Below, piece after piece: positions 19,495 through 27,227 of a stretch of 32,102 bases of DNA (positions are counted from its first letter, which is position 1; each line of letters opens with the position of its first letter). The stretch is from a virus (lineage: Duplodnaviria; Caudoviricetes): positions 1-32,102 of the IMG/VR virus record IMGVR_UViG_3300020043_000693; one strand, 5' to 3'. The notes under the pieces were generated by a model that was not told the DNA's origin, searched no databases, and saw nothing but the letters and a program-made list of their open reading frames with translations. The translations under genes were made by a program, and so were the position numbers.

Positions 19495-20699
19495 AATGGC
19501 TTGTCGTATTGTTTACATTTGTAACCGCTACGGCTTCGGCTCAAGTATTAACTCAAACGTTTATTGATCCTTGTTCTGGGCAAGTAACAGTTGTCACAGT
19601 TCCTATTGCTAATGGCAAGACAACGATTGTCTATCGTGGTAAGTATCGCATAGTAACCGCAAACGACATAACATCGGGAGAGCTTCAGGCTTGGATTAAT
19701 AATTTAACGGTAAACTTCCCTTGCCCACAAGCTGAGATAGCAGTTACGCAAACCGTTACTAGAGCAGTTCAACAAGCAGTTGCACAAGCTACGGCATCTG
19801 CTACATCACAAGCAACAAGTCAAGCAGCAAGTTCAGCAGTTGCAGCATCAATGCCTGCACCGCCTCCTCCTGCTCCAACAACACCGCCTCCAGCTACAAG
19901 CTCAACACCTAAATCAGAATCATCCACACCTCAAGCCGAAAGTAAAAGTGAAAGCAAAACTGAATCATCTGAAACTAAGGCTGAAAGCAAGAGTGAAGAA
20001 AAAAGCGAATCGAAAAGTGAAAGCAAATCAGAAAAGAAATCATCGGCAAAGAGTGTGGCTAAAACTAATCCGATTATTTACTCAAGTGATTTTACGATTG
20101 CCCCTGCTTCTGATGTTATATCGGTCATTGCTTCCGCTGGTCTTAGCCAGTCTTCTCTTATGGGAAACACATCGTGGGGAATTAGCACAATGATTTGGAG
20201 TACACTAGACCAATTTGCTTTAAGTGGTAGATATACCAAGATTAACTTTAATGCAGGCAAGCTAGAGAGTATTAGTAACTATGGACTTACAGGAGTTTAT
20301 TTAGGTGGATCTATACTTGGATTTGGAACGGCTGCTTATATCTATCCTATGGGCAAGTATGGAGTATCAGGTGCTAACTACACGCTATCGTTTGCAGGTG
20401 CAGATGTAGGTTTAAACATAGCAAATAACATTCTGCTATTTTATACGATACCAATACCTGTAAATAAAAGGCTCACTATCTCGCCTGACATTTATATAAG
20501 TGGCTCATCAACTGGATACCTAACTGCACAAAAGATATTTGTTACAAGCGATGATGTAGGCTTTTTAGGTGGAGCTTCGTTTGATATTGCATTCACAAAA
20601 CGCTTTAAATTGAACTTTGCACTTAAGAGTGGAATCAATACAAATCCTGATATCCCAATAAATTACCTTATGATGATAGGCACTAAATTAAATTTATAA
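19491..20699 (+). CDS. Secreted protein with a low-complexity linker and predicted outer-membrane beta-barrel
   Basis: Signal peptide (ASA|Q); small two-Cys domain; Ala/Pro/Ser/Glu/Lys linker; about 200 aa of alternating amphipathic strands ending in GTKLNL. Confidence 0.6.
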   Translation: MKWLVVLFTFVTATASAQVLTQTFIDPCSGQVTVVTVPIANGKTTIVYRGKYRIVTANDITSGELQAWINNLTVNFPCPQAEIAVTQTVTRAVQQAVAQATASATSQATSQAASSAVAASMPAPPPPAPTTPPPATSSTPKSESSTPQAESKSESKTESSETKAESKSEEKSESKSESKSEKKSSAKSVAKTNPIIYSSDFTIAPASDVISVIASAGLSQSSLMGNTSWGISTMIWSTLDQFALSGRYTKINFNAGKLESISNYGLTGVYLGGSILGFGTAAYIYPMGKYGVSGANYTLSFAGADVGLNIANNILLFYTIPIPVNKRLTISPDIYISGSSTGYLTAQKIFVTSDDVGFLGGASFDIAFTKRFKLNFALKSGINTNPDIPINYLMMIGTKLNL

Positions 20700-20700
20700 C

Positions 20701-20708
20701 TACATTTG
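20701..20708 (+). promoter_or_regulatory. Bacteroidetes-type -7 element before the candidate sRNA
   Basis: TACATTTG two bases after the stop of 19491..20699. Confidence 0.5.
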
Positions 20709-20712
20709 CAAT

Positions 20713-20796
20713 GTTAATGGCATTTTTCATACATAGAGTAGGTTTAGAACAGAGTTAGTAGAAAGACTTGAGGTAATGCTTCAAGTCTTTTTTATT
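20713..20796 (+). ncRNA. Candidate ~80 nt small RNA
   Basis: Bounded by a TAnnTTTG element and a strong terminator; contains TTTTTCAT and GTTTAGAA, complementary to early-gene initiation regions. Confidence 0.4.
20762..20796 (+). terminator. Intrinsic terminator ending the late operon
   Basis: AAAGACTTGA-GGTAATGCT-TCAAGTCTTT followed by TTTATT. Confidence 0.8.
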
Positions 20797-20856
20797 ACAC
20801 ACTAAAAAAAAGATTAAAAAAAATTAAAAAAAGTTTTTTTATATCAAATAAGGTGT

Positions 20857-20864
20857 TACCTTTG
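20857..20864 (+). promoter_or_regulatory. Early promoter -7 element
   Basis: TACCTTTG preceded by long A/T tracts (20803-20840) and followed by a small ATAGC/GCTAT hairpin; starts the early gene cluster. Confidence 0.6.
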
Positions 20865-20905
20865 GCATATCAATAGCAACGAAGCTATATCTAAACTACA
20901 AAAAA

Positions 20906-21016
20906 ATGAGAGATTACATCAAAAACTTCGACAAGCAAGATTTAATTGATCTTGTATTTTTAGCCTCAATCATTGGCATTGCATTTCAAGTATTATTTAT
21001 TGTTCAGGGACTATGA
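20906..21016 (+). CDS. Small membrane peptide (36 aa, MRDYIKNFDKQDLIDLVFLASIIGIAFQVLFIVQGL)
   Basis: Translated by hand; A-rich initiation region; ATGA overlap with the next ORF. Confidence 0.65.
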   Translation: MRDYIKNFDKQDLIDLVFLASIIGIAFQVLFIVQGL

Positions 21017-21198
21017 GAGTTTTAAAAGCAGAGTTCCAAGACAAGGCTGGTACTTATACAATGACTTGGTCTTACAATTCGGATCTATGGGGAGTCAGAG
21101 ATCTAATTCAACACGAGTGTCACAAATCAAATTCTAAACTAATAAACATACTTTCAAATGAAAAACTTAATCAAAGCTCTAAGCGACTTTCAAAATGA
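21013..21198 (+). CDS. Hypothetical protein
   Basis: 61 aa ORF coupled to the upstream ORF. Confidence 0.55.
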   Translation: MRVLKAEFQDKAGTYTMTWSYNSDLWGVRDLIQHECHKSNSKLINILSNEKLNQSSKRLSK

Positions 21199-21685
21199 AT
21201 GCCCAATCATCCACAAAGACACGAAAGGTCATAACTATACTTATGCAGATCTTCCACAAATTTTTAGTGTTATTAATCCTTTGCTAAAGAAGCACAAGTT
21301 ATGCTTCACTCAACTGCTAGAAAACGATGGCATTAGAACTATCTTATTTCACGTTGAATCTGGAGAGCAATTAGAAAGTTTTACTAATATACCTTATGCA
21401 AAACTAGGTGGTATGAATGAATTTCAGAGCATCGGATCGGGGATTTCGTACTTTCGGAGATATTGCATTTCGAGCATTTTGGGTTTAGTTACCGATAAAG
21501 ACACGGATGCAGCAAATACTAGCGGAAAGCAATCTACAAATTTAGATACTTGGGCAACTGCATTAGTAGATGTCAAATCAGTACAAGAGCTTGAAGATTT
21601 ATTTTTAAGTAAGAAGCATCAAATCGCAGGCAATAAAGAAATCATTGAATTATTCACAACTCGTAAACAACAACTATCAAGATAA
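21158..21685 (+). CDS. erf: ERF-family single-strand annealing protein
   Basis: YTYADLPQI, QSIGSGISYFRRY..SSILGL...DTDA. Confidence 0.85.
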   Translation: MKNLIKALSDFQNECPIIHKDTKGHNYTYADLPQIFSVINPLLKKHKLCFTQLLENDGIRTILFHVESGEQLESFTNIPYAKLGGMNEFQSIGSGISYFRRYCISSILGLVTDKDTDAANTSGKQSTNLDTWATALVDVKSVQELEDLFLSKKHQIAGNKEIIELFTTRKQQLSR

Positions 21686-21936
21686 TGGCAACTATTTTAA
21701 GTGCATCGCTAAACGTAGCAAAAATCGATTCTAAGAAATTAATTCAAGGAAAGACTGGACAGTTCTTAAACCTAACTATTGTCATAAATGATGAAGTAGA
21801 TAAGTTTGGAAACAACGCAAGCATATTTCAATCTCAATCTAAAGAAGAAAGAGATGCAAAAACACCTAAAAACTATTTAGGTAATGCAAAAGTAATTTGG
21901 ACAACAGAAAGCAAGAACAACGACTTACCATTCTAG
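21685..21936 (+). CDS. Putative single-stranded DNA-binding protein
   Basis: Follows ERF; acidic DLPF C-terminus; DKFGNN and YLGNAK motifs. Confidence 0.6.
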   Translation: MATILSASLNVAKIDSKKLIQGKTGQFLNLTIVINDEVDKFGNNASIFQSQSKEERDAKTPKNYLGNAKVIWTTESKNNDLPF

Positions 21937-21938
21937 CT

Positions 21939-22274
21939 ATGTATAAAGATCACACTTGTTTTTTATTTAGAAAATCTAATGGCTGGTCAATCGGTTACTG
22001 GATGGACTTTAAAACTGAATCAGAATTTTATTCTTGGATGAATGAAAGATTAGCCGAAGGCTTGGTTTATGTAGGCGAGGAGGCTAAAAGAGTTGAGCAA
22101 TATCCACAAGTATTAAAACTAGATTTGAAGTACACCTTTGGCGGATATTCAACCGTGATAGAAAGGTTTGTATCTAAAGAAGATTACACTAGATACTGCG
22201 ATGATAAATTAAAAAATGGATATAAGGTAATTGGATCAGAGCCTTATTTAAAATTAGAAAAGAATGTCATATAA
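21939..22274 (+). CDS. Hypothetical protein with an internal duplication
   Basis: ATG at 21939 avoids overlap with the upstream gene; two similar halves. Confidence 0.6.
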   Translation: MYKDHTCFLFRKSNGWSIGYWMDFKTESEFYSWMNERLAEGLVYVGEEAKRVEQYPQVLKLDLKYTFGGYSTVIERFVSKEDYTRYCDDKLKNGYKVIGSEPYLKLEKNVI

Positions 22275-22473
22275 AAGAAAAATTCCAAAGATGGTACTCT
22301 ATGAGCTGATTGCTGATAGATTAAATAAAAAAGGAATCTTACCTATAACTGCTCGCAAGTTTACACCTGCCTCAGTACAACAGGAGATTTACAACAACAA
22401 GAAAGGGCATCTTAGATACCCAGAAGTTATTACAGAGTTCGAACAAGTTATAAACGAATACATAAATTCATAA
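22264..22473 (+). CDS. Small DNA-binding (HTH-like) protein
   Basis: IADRLNKKGILPITARKFTPASV resembles the recombinase-type DNA-binding motif. Confidence 0.45.
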   Translation: MSYKRKIPKMVLYELIADRLNKKGILPITARKFTPASVQQEIYNNKKGHLRYPEVITEFEQVINEYINS

Positions 22474-22476
22474 GAA

Positions 22477-22731
22477 ATGAGAAATGTCACAGACGTATTA
22501 AAAGCAGATTCAGGAAGAGAAATCTTTATATTTGAAGTAAAGAAATATAAGCTATCTATTGGCGAAATGTATGAATGCGAGTACAAGATTGGCGGTACAA
22601 CAGAAATGCTTACAAGCAGATTGATTGATACAACTCCAGAGGATCGCACACTTATATTTAATCATCCTACTTTAATCAATAGAACAATCGGGATACCAAA
22701 CTGGAACATCGTTAAACTAACTAGATTATGA
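22477..22731 (+). CDS. Hypothetical protein
   Basis: 84 aa ORF within the operon. Confidence 0.6.
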   Translation: MRNVTDVLKADSGREIFIFEVKKYKLSIGEMYECEYKIGGTTEMLTSRLIDTTPEDRTLIFNHPTLINRTIGIPNWNIVKLTRL

Positions 22732-22856
22732 GAGAGCTAACCTTTAATCAATGGCAAGAGCATCTAGCTAAAGAGCTTCAAAAGAATTATATCAAACTTA
22801 AACTGATTAAAAAAAATGAGAGAAACATTCGAAGAATATCAGGAAAGAAATCCTAG
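22728..22856 (+). CDS. Small hypothetical protein (42 aa, MRELTFNQWQEHLAKELQK...)
   Basis: Translated by hand; ATGA overlap; fills the intergenic gap. Confidence 0.5.
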   Translation: MRELTFNQWQEHLAKELQKNYIKLKLIKKNERNIRRISGKKS

Positions 22857-23082
22857 ATTATACAAAGAGTTTGTTCATTATACTCATCAAATGATTGGTG
22901 CAGGACAAAGTAAGATAGGAGCAAAAGCAATCTTTGAACGCATCCGTTGGGAATCTAAGATAGAACGCAACGATGAGTTTAAGATAAATAACAATTACTC
23001 AGCAGATTACGCTCGTAAGTTTGAGCAAGATTATCCACATTTTGCTGGAATCTTTGAGAAACGAGTGTGTAAAATGAGATAA
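22816..23082 (+). CDS. Hypothetical phage protein
   Basis: IFERIRWE and INNNYSADYARKF motifs. Confidence 0.7.
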   Translation: MRETFEEYQERNPRLYKEFVHYTHQMIGAGQSKIGAKAIFERIRWESKIERNDEFKINNNYSADYARKFEQDYPHFAGIFEKRVCKMR

Positions 23083-23089
23083 TAATAAT

Positions 23090-23097
23090 TATCTTTG
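23090..23097 (+). promoter_or_regulatory. Bacteroidetes-type -7 element for the replication operon
   Basis: TATCTTTG directly upstream of the structured leader. Confidence 0.55.
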
Positions 23098-23102
23098 TTA
23101 TA

Positions 23103-23193
23103 TAATCAGCGAAAGGGGTGAGAGTCTTTCGGTGATTACTAGGGTTAAAAACCAACTAAGCCAGTCTGATCTCTCACTCAGCTGGCTTTTTTT
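23103..23193 (+). ncRNA. Two-hairpin leader RNA with complementary loops and a terminator
   Basis: Hairpin 1 loop GTGAGAG (23118-23124); hairpin 2 loop CTCTCAC (23171-23177); T-run after hairpin 2. Confidence 0.65.
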
Positions 23194-23203
23194 ATTTAAC
23201 TAT

Positions 23204-23947
23204 ATGCAAAAAGAAGCATTCTACTTTCCGCATTTTTCAAATGCAAGACACGATCGCAAAATCAGGCGATTAAGAAAAGAGTTAGGAATTGAAGGTTATG
23301 GCATTTATTTTATGCTATTAGAGACACTTAGAGACCAGCACGATATGATGTATCCATTAGCAGACTGCGACCTCTTAGCTGAAGAGTTTGGCACTTCAGA
23401 TGCCAAGATTAAAACGGTGCTTTGCAACTACGAGCTTTTTGATTTTGATGAAGAGAATAGATTCTTTTCTCCAAAGATGTTAGTGTACCTAGAACCTTAC
23501 TTTAAGATGAAAGAACAAAGGGTTTTAGCAGGCAAAGCATCGGCTGCTAAACGAGTGCTCAACGACCGTTCAACGACCGTTCAACAAAGTAAAGTAAAGG
23601 AAAGTAAAGAAAAAGAAAGGAAAGTAAATAAAAGTATATTGGATATAACTTTCAGCGAAATGCTTTCGCCACACTTTTATTTATTTGATAACAATGAAGA
23701 AGTAGCAAAATTCTATAATTACTGGACTGAGAAAAACGCTAAAGGAAAAGAACGCTGGGAGATGGAAAAATTCTTTGATATAAAAAGAAGAATTGCAACT
23801 TGGATAAGTAATGCAAATAAGTTTGAATCAAATAAACCCAAACAAGAATTAGGTAAACTTCAGCAAAATATGTTAAGTTTAAAAAATGTTCACGACCAAC
23901 TAACAGAAGAAATACAAAATGGAACTTTCATTAATCCATACAAGTAG
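23204..23947 (+). CDS. Replication initiator (DUF4373/Lin1244-like N-terminus)
   Basis: YFPHFSNARHDRKI...GIEGYGIYFMLLETL; internal iterons; KFYNYW...W...RRIATW C-terminal domain. ATG at 23204 preferred. Confidence 0.75.
   Translation: MQKEAFYFPHFSNARHDRKIRRLRKELGIEGYGIYFMLLETLRDQHDMMYPLADCDLLAEEFGTSDAKIKTVLCNYELFDFDEENRFFSPKMLVYLEPYFKMKEQRVLAGKASAAKRVLNDRSTTVQQSKVKESKEKERKVNKSILDITFSEMLSPHFYLFDNNEEVAKFYNYWTEKNAKGKERWEMEKFFDIKRRIATWISNANKFESNKPKQELGKLQQNMLSLKNVHDQLTEEIQNGTFINPYK
23559..23635 (+). repeat. Iterons plus A-rich tract (putative replication origin)
   Basis: TCAACGACCGT x2 plus TCAAC, then AAAGT/AAAGG/AAAGA pentamers. Confidence 0.6.
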
Positions 23948-24674
23948 CGCTATAACTGGATTGTCCAGAAGCGAGAAAGATGTTGTAGAATCTCAAACAT
24001 CTATAAAGATTTCAAGTCTTACAAATCAGGACTTAATGAACCTTGCAATGAGAGCAATTTCATTAGCTAAGATAAAGCTAGGATCTAAACCACTACCAGA
24101 TGATGAACACAAGGCTTTAGTCTTGGTTCTAATGGAAGATATTAAGTCTTTTGGGTACTTATCTATTGATGAAATAAATCTCGCCTTAAAACGAGGATTA
24201 AACGGAGACTATAATTCTCAAGGAAACGATGTAATTTTCTTTTCTCCTTCCAATTTTGTTCAATGGATTAAGAAGTTTATCGAACAAAAGAATGAAGTTA
24301 TGCGAAAGGTTGCAAACGCAAAGGTGGTAGAACCTGAAAAACCTATCCCATCTGATTCTGATTTAAAAATGGCAGCCATTAATTCGGCTAATATGTATGC
24401 CCAAGAGATGATGCGATGCCAAGAACGTTCAATAAAAATGAACTGGATTGCAGGTGGCTTACACGTTTTATATGATTACATCGTTCAATTTGGTATTTAC
24501 GAAGCATCAGCAGAAGATAAAAAGCGTATTTATTCCACACTATTACCTAAATATCAGGACAAGGATCAATTAATTATGGCTTGCAAAGCTCAATGTTATC
24601 GTGAGTTTATCGAAAACTTAGCTGACTTTAAAGCATATTTAACTGAAACTGGGGAAATTAAACCTTGCGAATAA
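23919..24674 (+). CDS. Hypothetical replication protein (helicase-loader position)
   Basis: Helical 251 aa protein directly after the initiator; function inferred from position only. Confidence 0.4.
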   Translation: MELSLIHTSSAITGLSRSEKDVVESQTSIKISSLTNQDLMNLAMRAISLAKIKLGSKPLPDDEHKALVLVLMEDIKSFGYLSIDEINLALKRGLNGDYNSQGNDVIFFSPSNFVQWIKKFIEQKNEVMRKVANAKVVEPEKPIPSDSDLKMAAINSANMYAQEMMRCQERSIKMNWIAGGLHVLYDYIVQFGIYEASAEDKKRIYSTLLPKYQDKDQLIMACKAQCYREFIENLADFKAYLTETGEIKPCE

Positions 24675-26038
24675 TGAATGTTCTAAGCCTATTTGATGGA
24701 ATGTCTTGTGGACAACAAGCTCTTGAGAGAGCAGGATTTAAAGTAGATAATTACTTTGCATCCGAAATTGATAAGTATGCCATACAGGTTACAATGGCAA
24801 ATTATCCAAATACTAAACAACTTGGATCAGTTGTAAATGTAGATGGATACTCATTGCCAAAGATTGACATACTAATCGGTGGATCGCCATGTCAATCATT
24901 TAGCTTTGCAGGTAAACGTAAAGGAATGAGTACAAAAGATGAGCAAGAGATTTTAACGCTTGAGCATTATTTGGAGCTGAAAGCAGAAGGATTTGAATTT
25001 GAAGGACAATCTTATTTGTTTTGGGAGTATATGCGTTTATTAAACGAAACTAAACCTAAATACTTTTTACTTGAAAACGTAATGATGGGAGAAAAGTGGG
25101 AAAAGGTTTTGTCTAAGGCCATTGGAGTTAAACCAATAATGATAAATTCATCTTTAGTATCAGCTCAGAATCGCCAAAGATTATATTGGACTAACATAGG
25201 ACTTAAGCCACAAGGATTATTTGGAGATTTAGAAAGCAGTATTGAACAACCAAAAGACAAGGGAATTTTATTAAAAGATATTCTAGAAGAAGAGGTTGAT
25301 TCAAAATACTTTTTAAGTGATAATTTCATTAATTTTTTAAATAAACATAAAGATAGGCATTCAGAAAAAGGAAATGGTTTTGGGTTTTCTGTTAAAAATG
25401 GAGATGATAAAGGTAATTGTTTAAGAGCAAATGCAGCATTATGTCCTACTGATAATATAGTAAATTCTTATAATAATAAAAGGCTTAATCTTACAATAGA
25501 AAAACACAAAGAAAATTTAGAATATGGAACGATGATAGATTCTTATAATCAATCAATTCATATTAATAAATCTATTACAATAGACACTAGAATTAGTGCA
25601 TCAAATAATACTCACATTGTAGGAAAAAAAGTCAAACAATTAAATTCTTCTTTAGAAAGCGGTGGTAAACAACCTTATCAACAAAATAGAATTTATGATT
25701 CTAATGGTATTTCTCCTGCGTTATGTGCGAATAAAGCCGATTTATTAATAAAAGAAGAAATTGTTTTTGGATGTGATTATAGAACTGATGAAGGTTTAAG
25801 AATTAGAGATAATGGCAAATCAGGAACATTAGCAGCTAGAGCTAGAAATGATGAATCTTGTGGACAATTAGCGTCAATAGATTCTCAAATAAGAAAGCTT
25901 ACTCCTGTTGAATGCGAAAGATTACAAACCGTAAAAGACAATTACACAAATCACGTTTCAGATTCTCAGCGTTATAAAATGATTGGTAACGGATGGACAG
26001 TTGATGTAATTGCTCACATTTTAAAATATATGAAATGA
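24674..26038 (+). CDS. C5-cytosine DNA methyltransferase
   Basis: LSLFDG, GGSPCQ, ENV, QNRQRLY, RKLTPVECERLQ and IGNG motifs. Confidence 0.92.
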   Translation: MNVLSLFDGMSCGQQALERAGFKVDNYFASEIDKYAIQVTMANYPNTKQLGSVVNVDGYSLPKIDILIGGSPCQSFSFAGKRKGMSTKDEQEILTLEHYLELKAEGFEFEGQSYLFWEYMRLLNETKPKYFLLENVMMGEKWEKVLSKAIGVKPIMINSSLVSAQNRQRLYWTNIGLKPQGLFGDLESSIEQPKDKGILLKDILEEEVDSKYFLSDNFINFLNKHKDRHSEKGNGFGFSVKNGDDKGNCLRANAALCPTDNIVNSYNNKRLNLTIEKHKENLEYGTMIDSYNQSIHINKSITIDTRISASNNTHIVGKKVKQLNSSLESGGKQPYQQNRIYDSNGISPALCANKADLLIKEEIVFGCDYRTDEGLRIRDNGKSGTLAARARNDESCGQLASIDSQIRKLTPVECERLQTVKDNYTNHVSDSQRYKMIGNGWTVDVIAHILKYMK

Positions 26039-26385
26039 GAAACCAAGAAGAACATAAGCTACAAGTAGCCATTTGTAGATATTTAGATTTAGCTGAGAAG
26101 TTCCCATTCTTTGCAATACCAAACGGAGGACAAAGACATTACCTTGTAGCAGTAAAGCTCAAGATGGAAGGTGTTAAGCGAGGAGTTGCAGATATGTTCT
26201 GGATGATTTCAAACGATACTTGGAAAGGAATCTTTGTAGAAGTTAAAACCTCAAAAGGAGTTAAGTCGGAATACCAGCGTGAGTTTGAAAGAGAAGCACT
26301 TATTCATGGTTATTATTATGCAGTTGTTAGATCAATAGATGATTGCAAAAAATTGTTAGAAAAATTTAAACTAAACCAAATATAA
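26035..26385 (+). CDS. VRR-NUC domain nuclease
   Basis: EHKLQ, IPNGG, GVAD, EVKT..G..S..Q. Confidence 0.85.
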   Translation: MRNQEEHKLQVAICRYLDLAEKFPFFAIPNGGQRHYLVAVKLKMEGVKRGVADMFWMISNDTWKGIFVEVKTSKGVKSEYQREFEREALIHGYYYAVVRSIDDCKKLLEKFKLNQI

Positions 26386-26386
26386 A

Positions 26387-26722
26387 ATGGAAAAATTAAA
26401 TAGAGGAGATAAGATTTATCTTGATTTAGAAAATAAAAATGAATCATTTGTTAATGAATACTTAGAATGCAGAGATGGAATTGTTGAAGTGTATGAATAT
26501 AGAGATCAATCTGGATATGGATCAAAAACAAGATTGTTTTTATGCAAAAATACAAAACACGAATCAATAAGTATTATAAGGCAAATTTGGTTGGAATATG
26601 AAAAAGAATGGATTGAAGAATATATGGTTTTTGATTCGGATTCTTTTGCATTTATGAAAGCATTAATTAATAATAAACAAGATGAATTTTCTGGAATTTA
26701 TACTCTTGTAAGAGATTATTAA
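26387..26722 (+). CDS. Hypothetical protein
   Basis: 111 aa AT-rich ORF. Confidence 0.65.
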   Translation: MEKLNRGDKIYLDLENKNESFVNEYLECRDGIVEVYEYRDQSGYGSKTRLFLCKNTKHESISIIRQIWLEYEKEWIEEYMVFDSDSFAFMKALINNKQDEFSGIYTLVRDY

Positions 26723-26743
26723 AAAATATAAGCTAAACTAAAT

Positions 26744-26989
26744 ATGAGAAATAAACAAACGGCAGCAATGTCATTATTTGGATTACTAAATAATATGGCA
26801 AAAATAATGAAGGATGCTGGAGATGAACATTATTCAAATGTACTAAAACATATATGTGATGAATATGCAGGTGTAACAATTAAAACTGAAAAAGAACAAA
26901 TAAAAAATGCTTACAGAGATTGTCACGACTTAGGTCATATTTATGGTTTAGATTCTGAAGATTATTATAATAAAACTTATGGAAAATAA
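26744..26989 (+). CDS. Hypothetical protein (KQTA...EKEQI...YYNxTY family), copy 1
   Basis: Shares N- and C-terminal motifs with the next ORF. Confidence 0.65.
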   Translation: MRNKQTAAMSLFGLLNNMAKIMKDAGDEHYSNVLKHICDEYAGVTIKTEKEQIKNAYRDCHDLGHIYGLDSEDYYNKTYGK

Positions 26990-27227
26990 ACAAACTGCGG
27001 TAGATATTATACTGCACGAAATGAGTGAAATAGTTGGGATTATTTCTCCAAATGCTTTTGATGTTATTGTTTTAAAAGAGTTATACAATAAAGCTAAAAA
27101 AATGGAAAGAAATCAAATTGAAAAAGCATATTGTGATGGATTTGATGATGGTTATTTGCTAGCAAATGGTGAGAATACAAAATTTGATGATTGTTATTTA
27201 TATTATAATGAAACTTATGGCAAATAA
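26979..27227 (+). CDS. Hypothetical protein (KQTA...ERNQI...YYNxTY family), copy 2
   Basis: Paralog of the preceding ORF. Confidence 0.65.
   Translation: MENKQTAVDIILHEMSEIVGIISPNAFDVIVLKELYNKAKKMERNQIEKAYCDGFDDGYLLANGENTKFDDCYLYYNETYGK

Noticed and set aside
19930-20050. GAAAGCAAA/GAAAGTAAA-like repeats as a CRISPR or ncRNA array
   Set aside because: Degenerate in-frame ESKSE coding repeats with no spacers.
19780-20193. 137 aa alternative-frame ORF
   Set aside because: By-product of the low-complexity linker codons in 19491-20699.
15852-20699. Calling the cassette a complete curli (csgBAC-DEFG) operon
   Set aside because: No curlin repeats or clear CsgE/CsgF are visible; only the CsgG-like fold is supported.
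20800-23100. Lysogeny module (integrase/CI repressor)
   Set aside because: None recognisable; 22264-22473 is too short to be a recombinase. It could lie outside the window.
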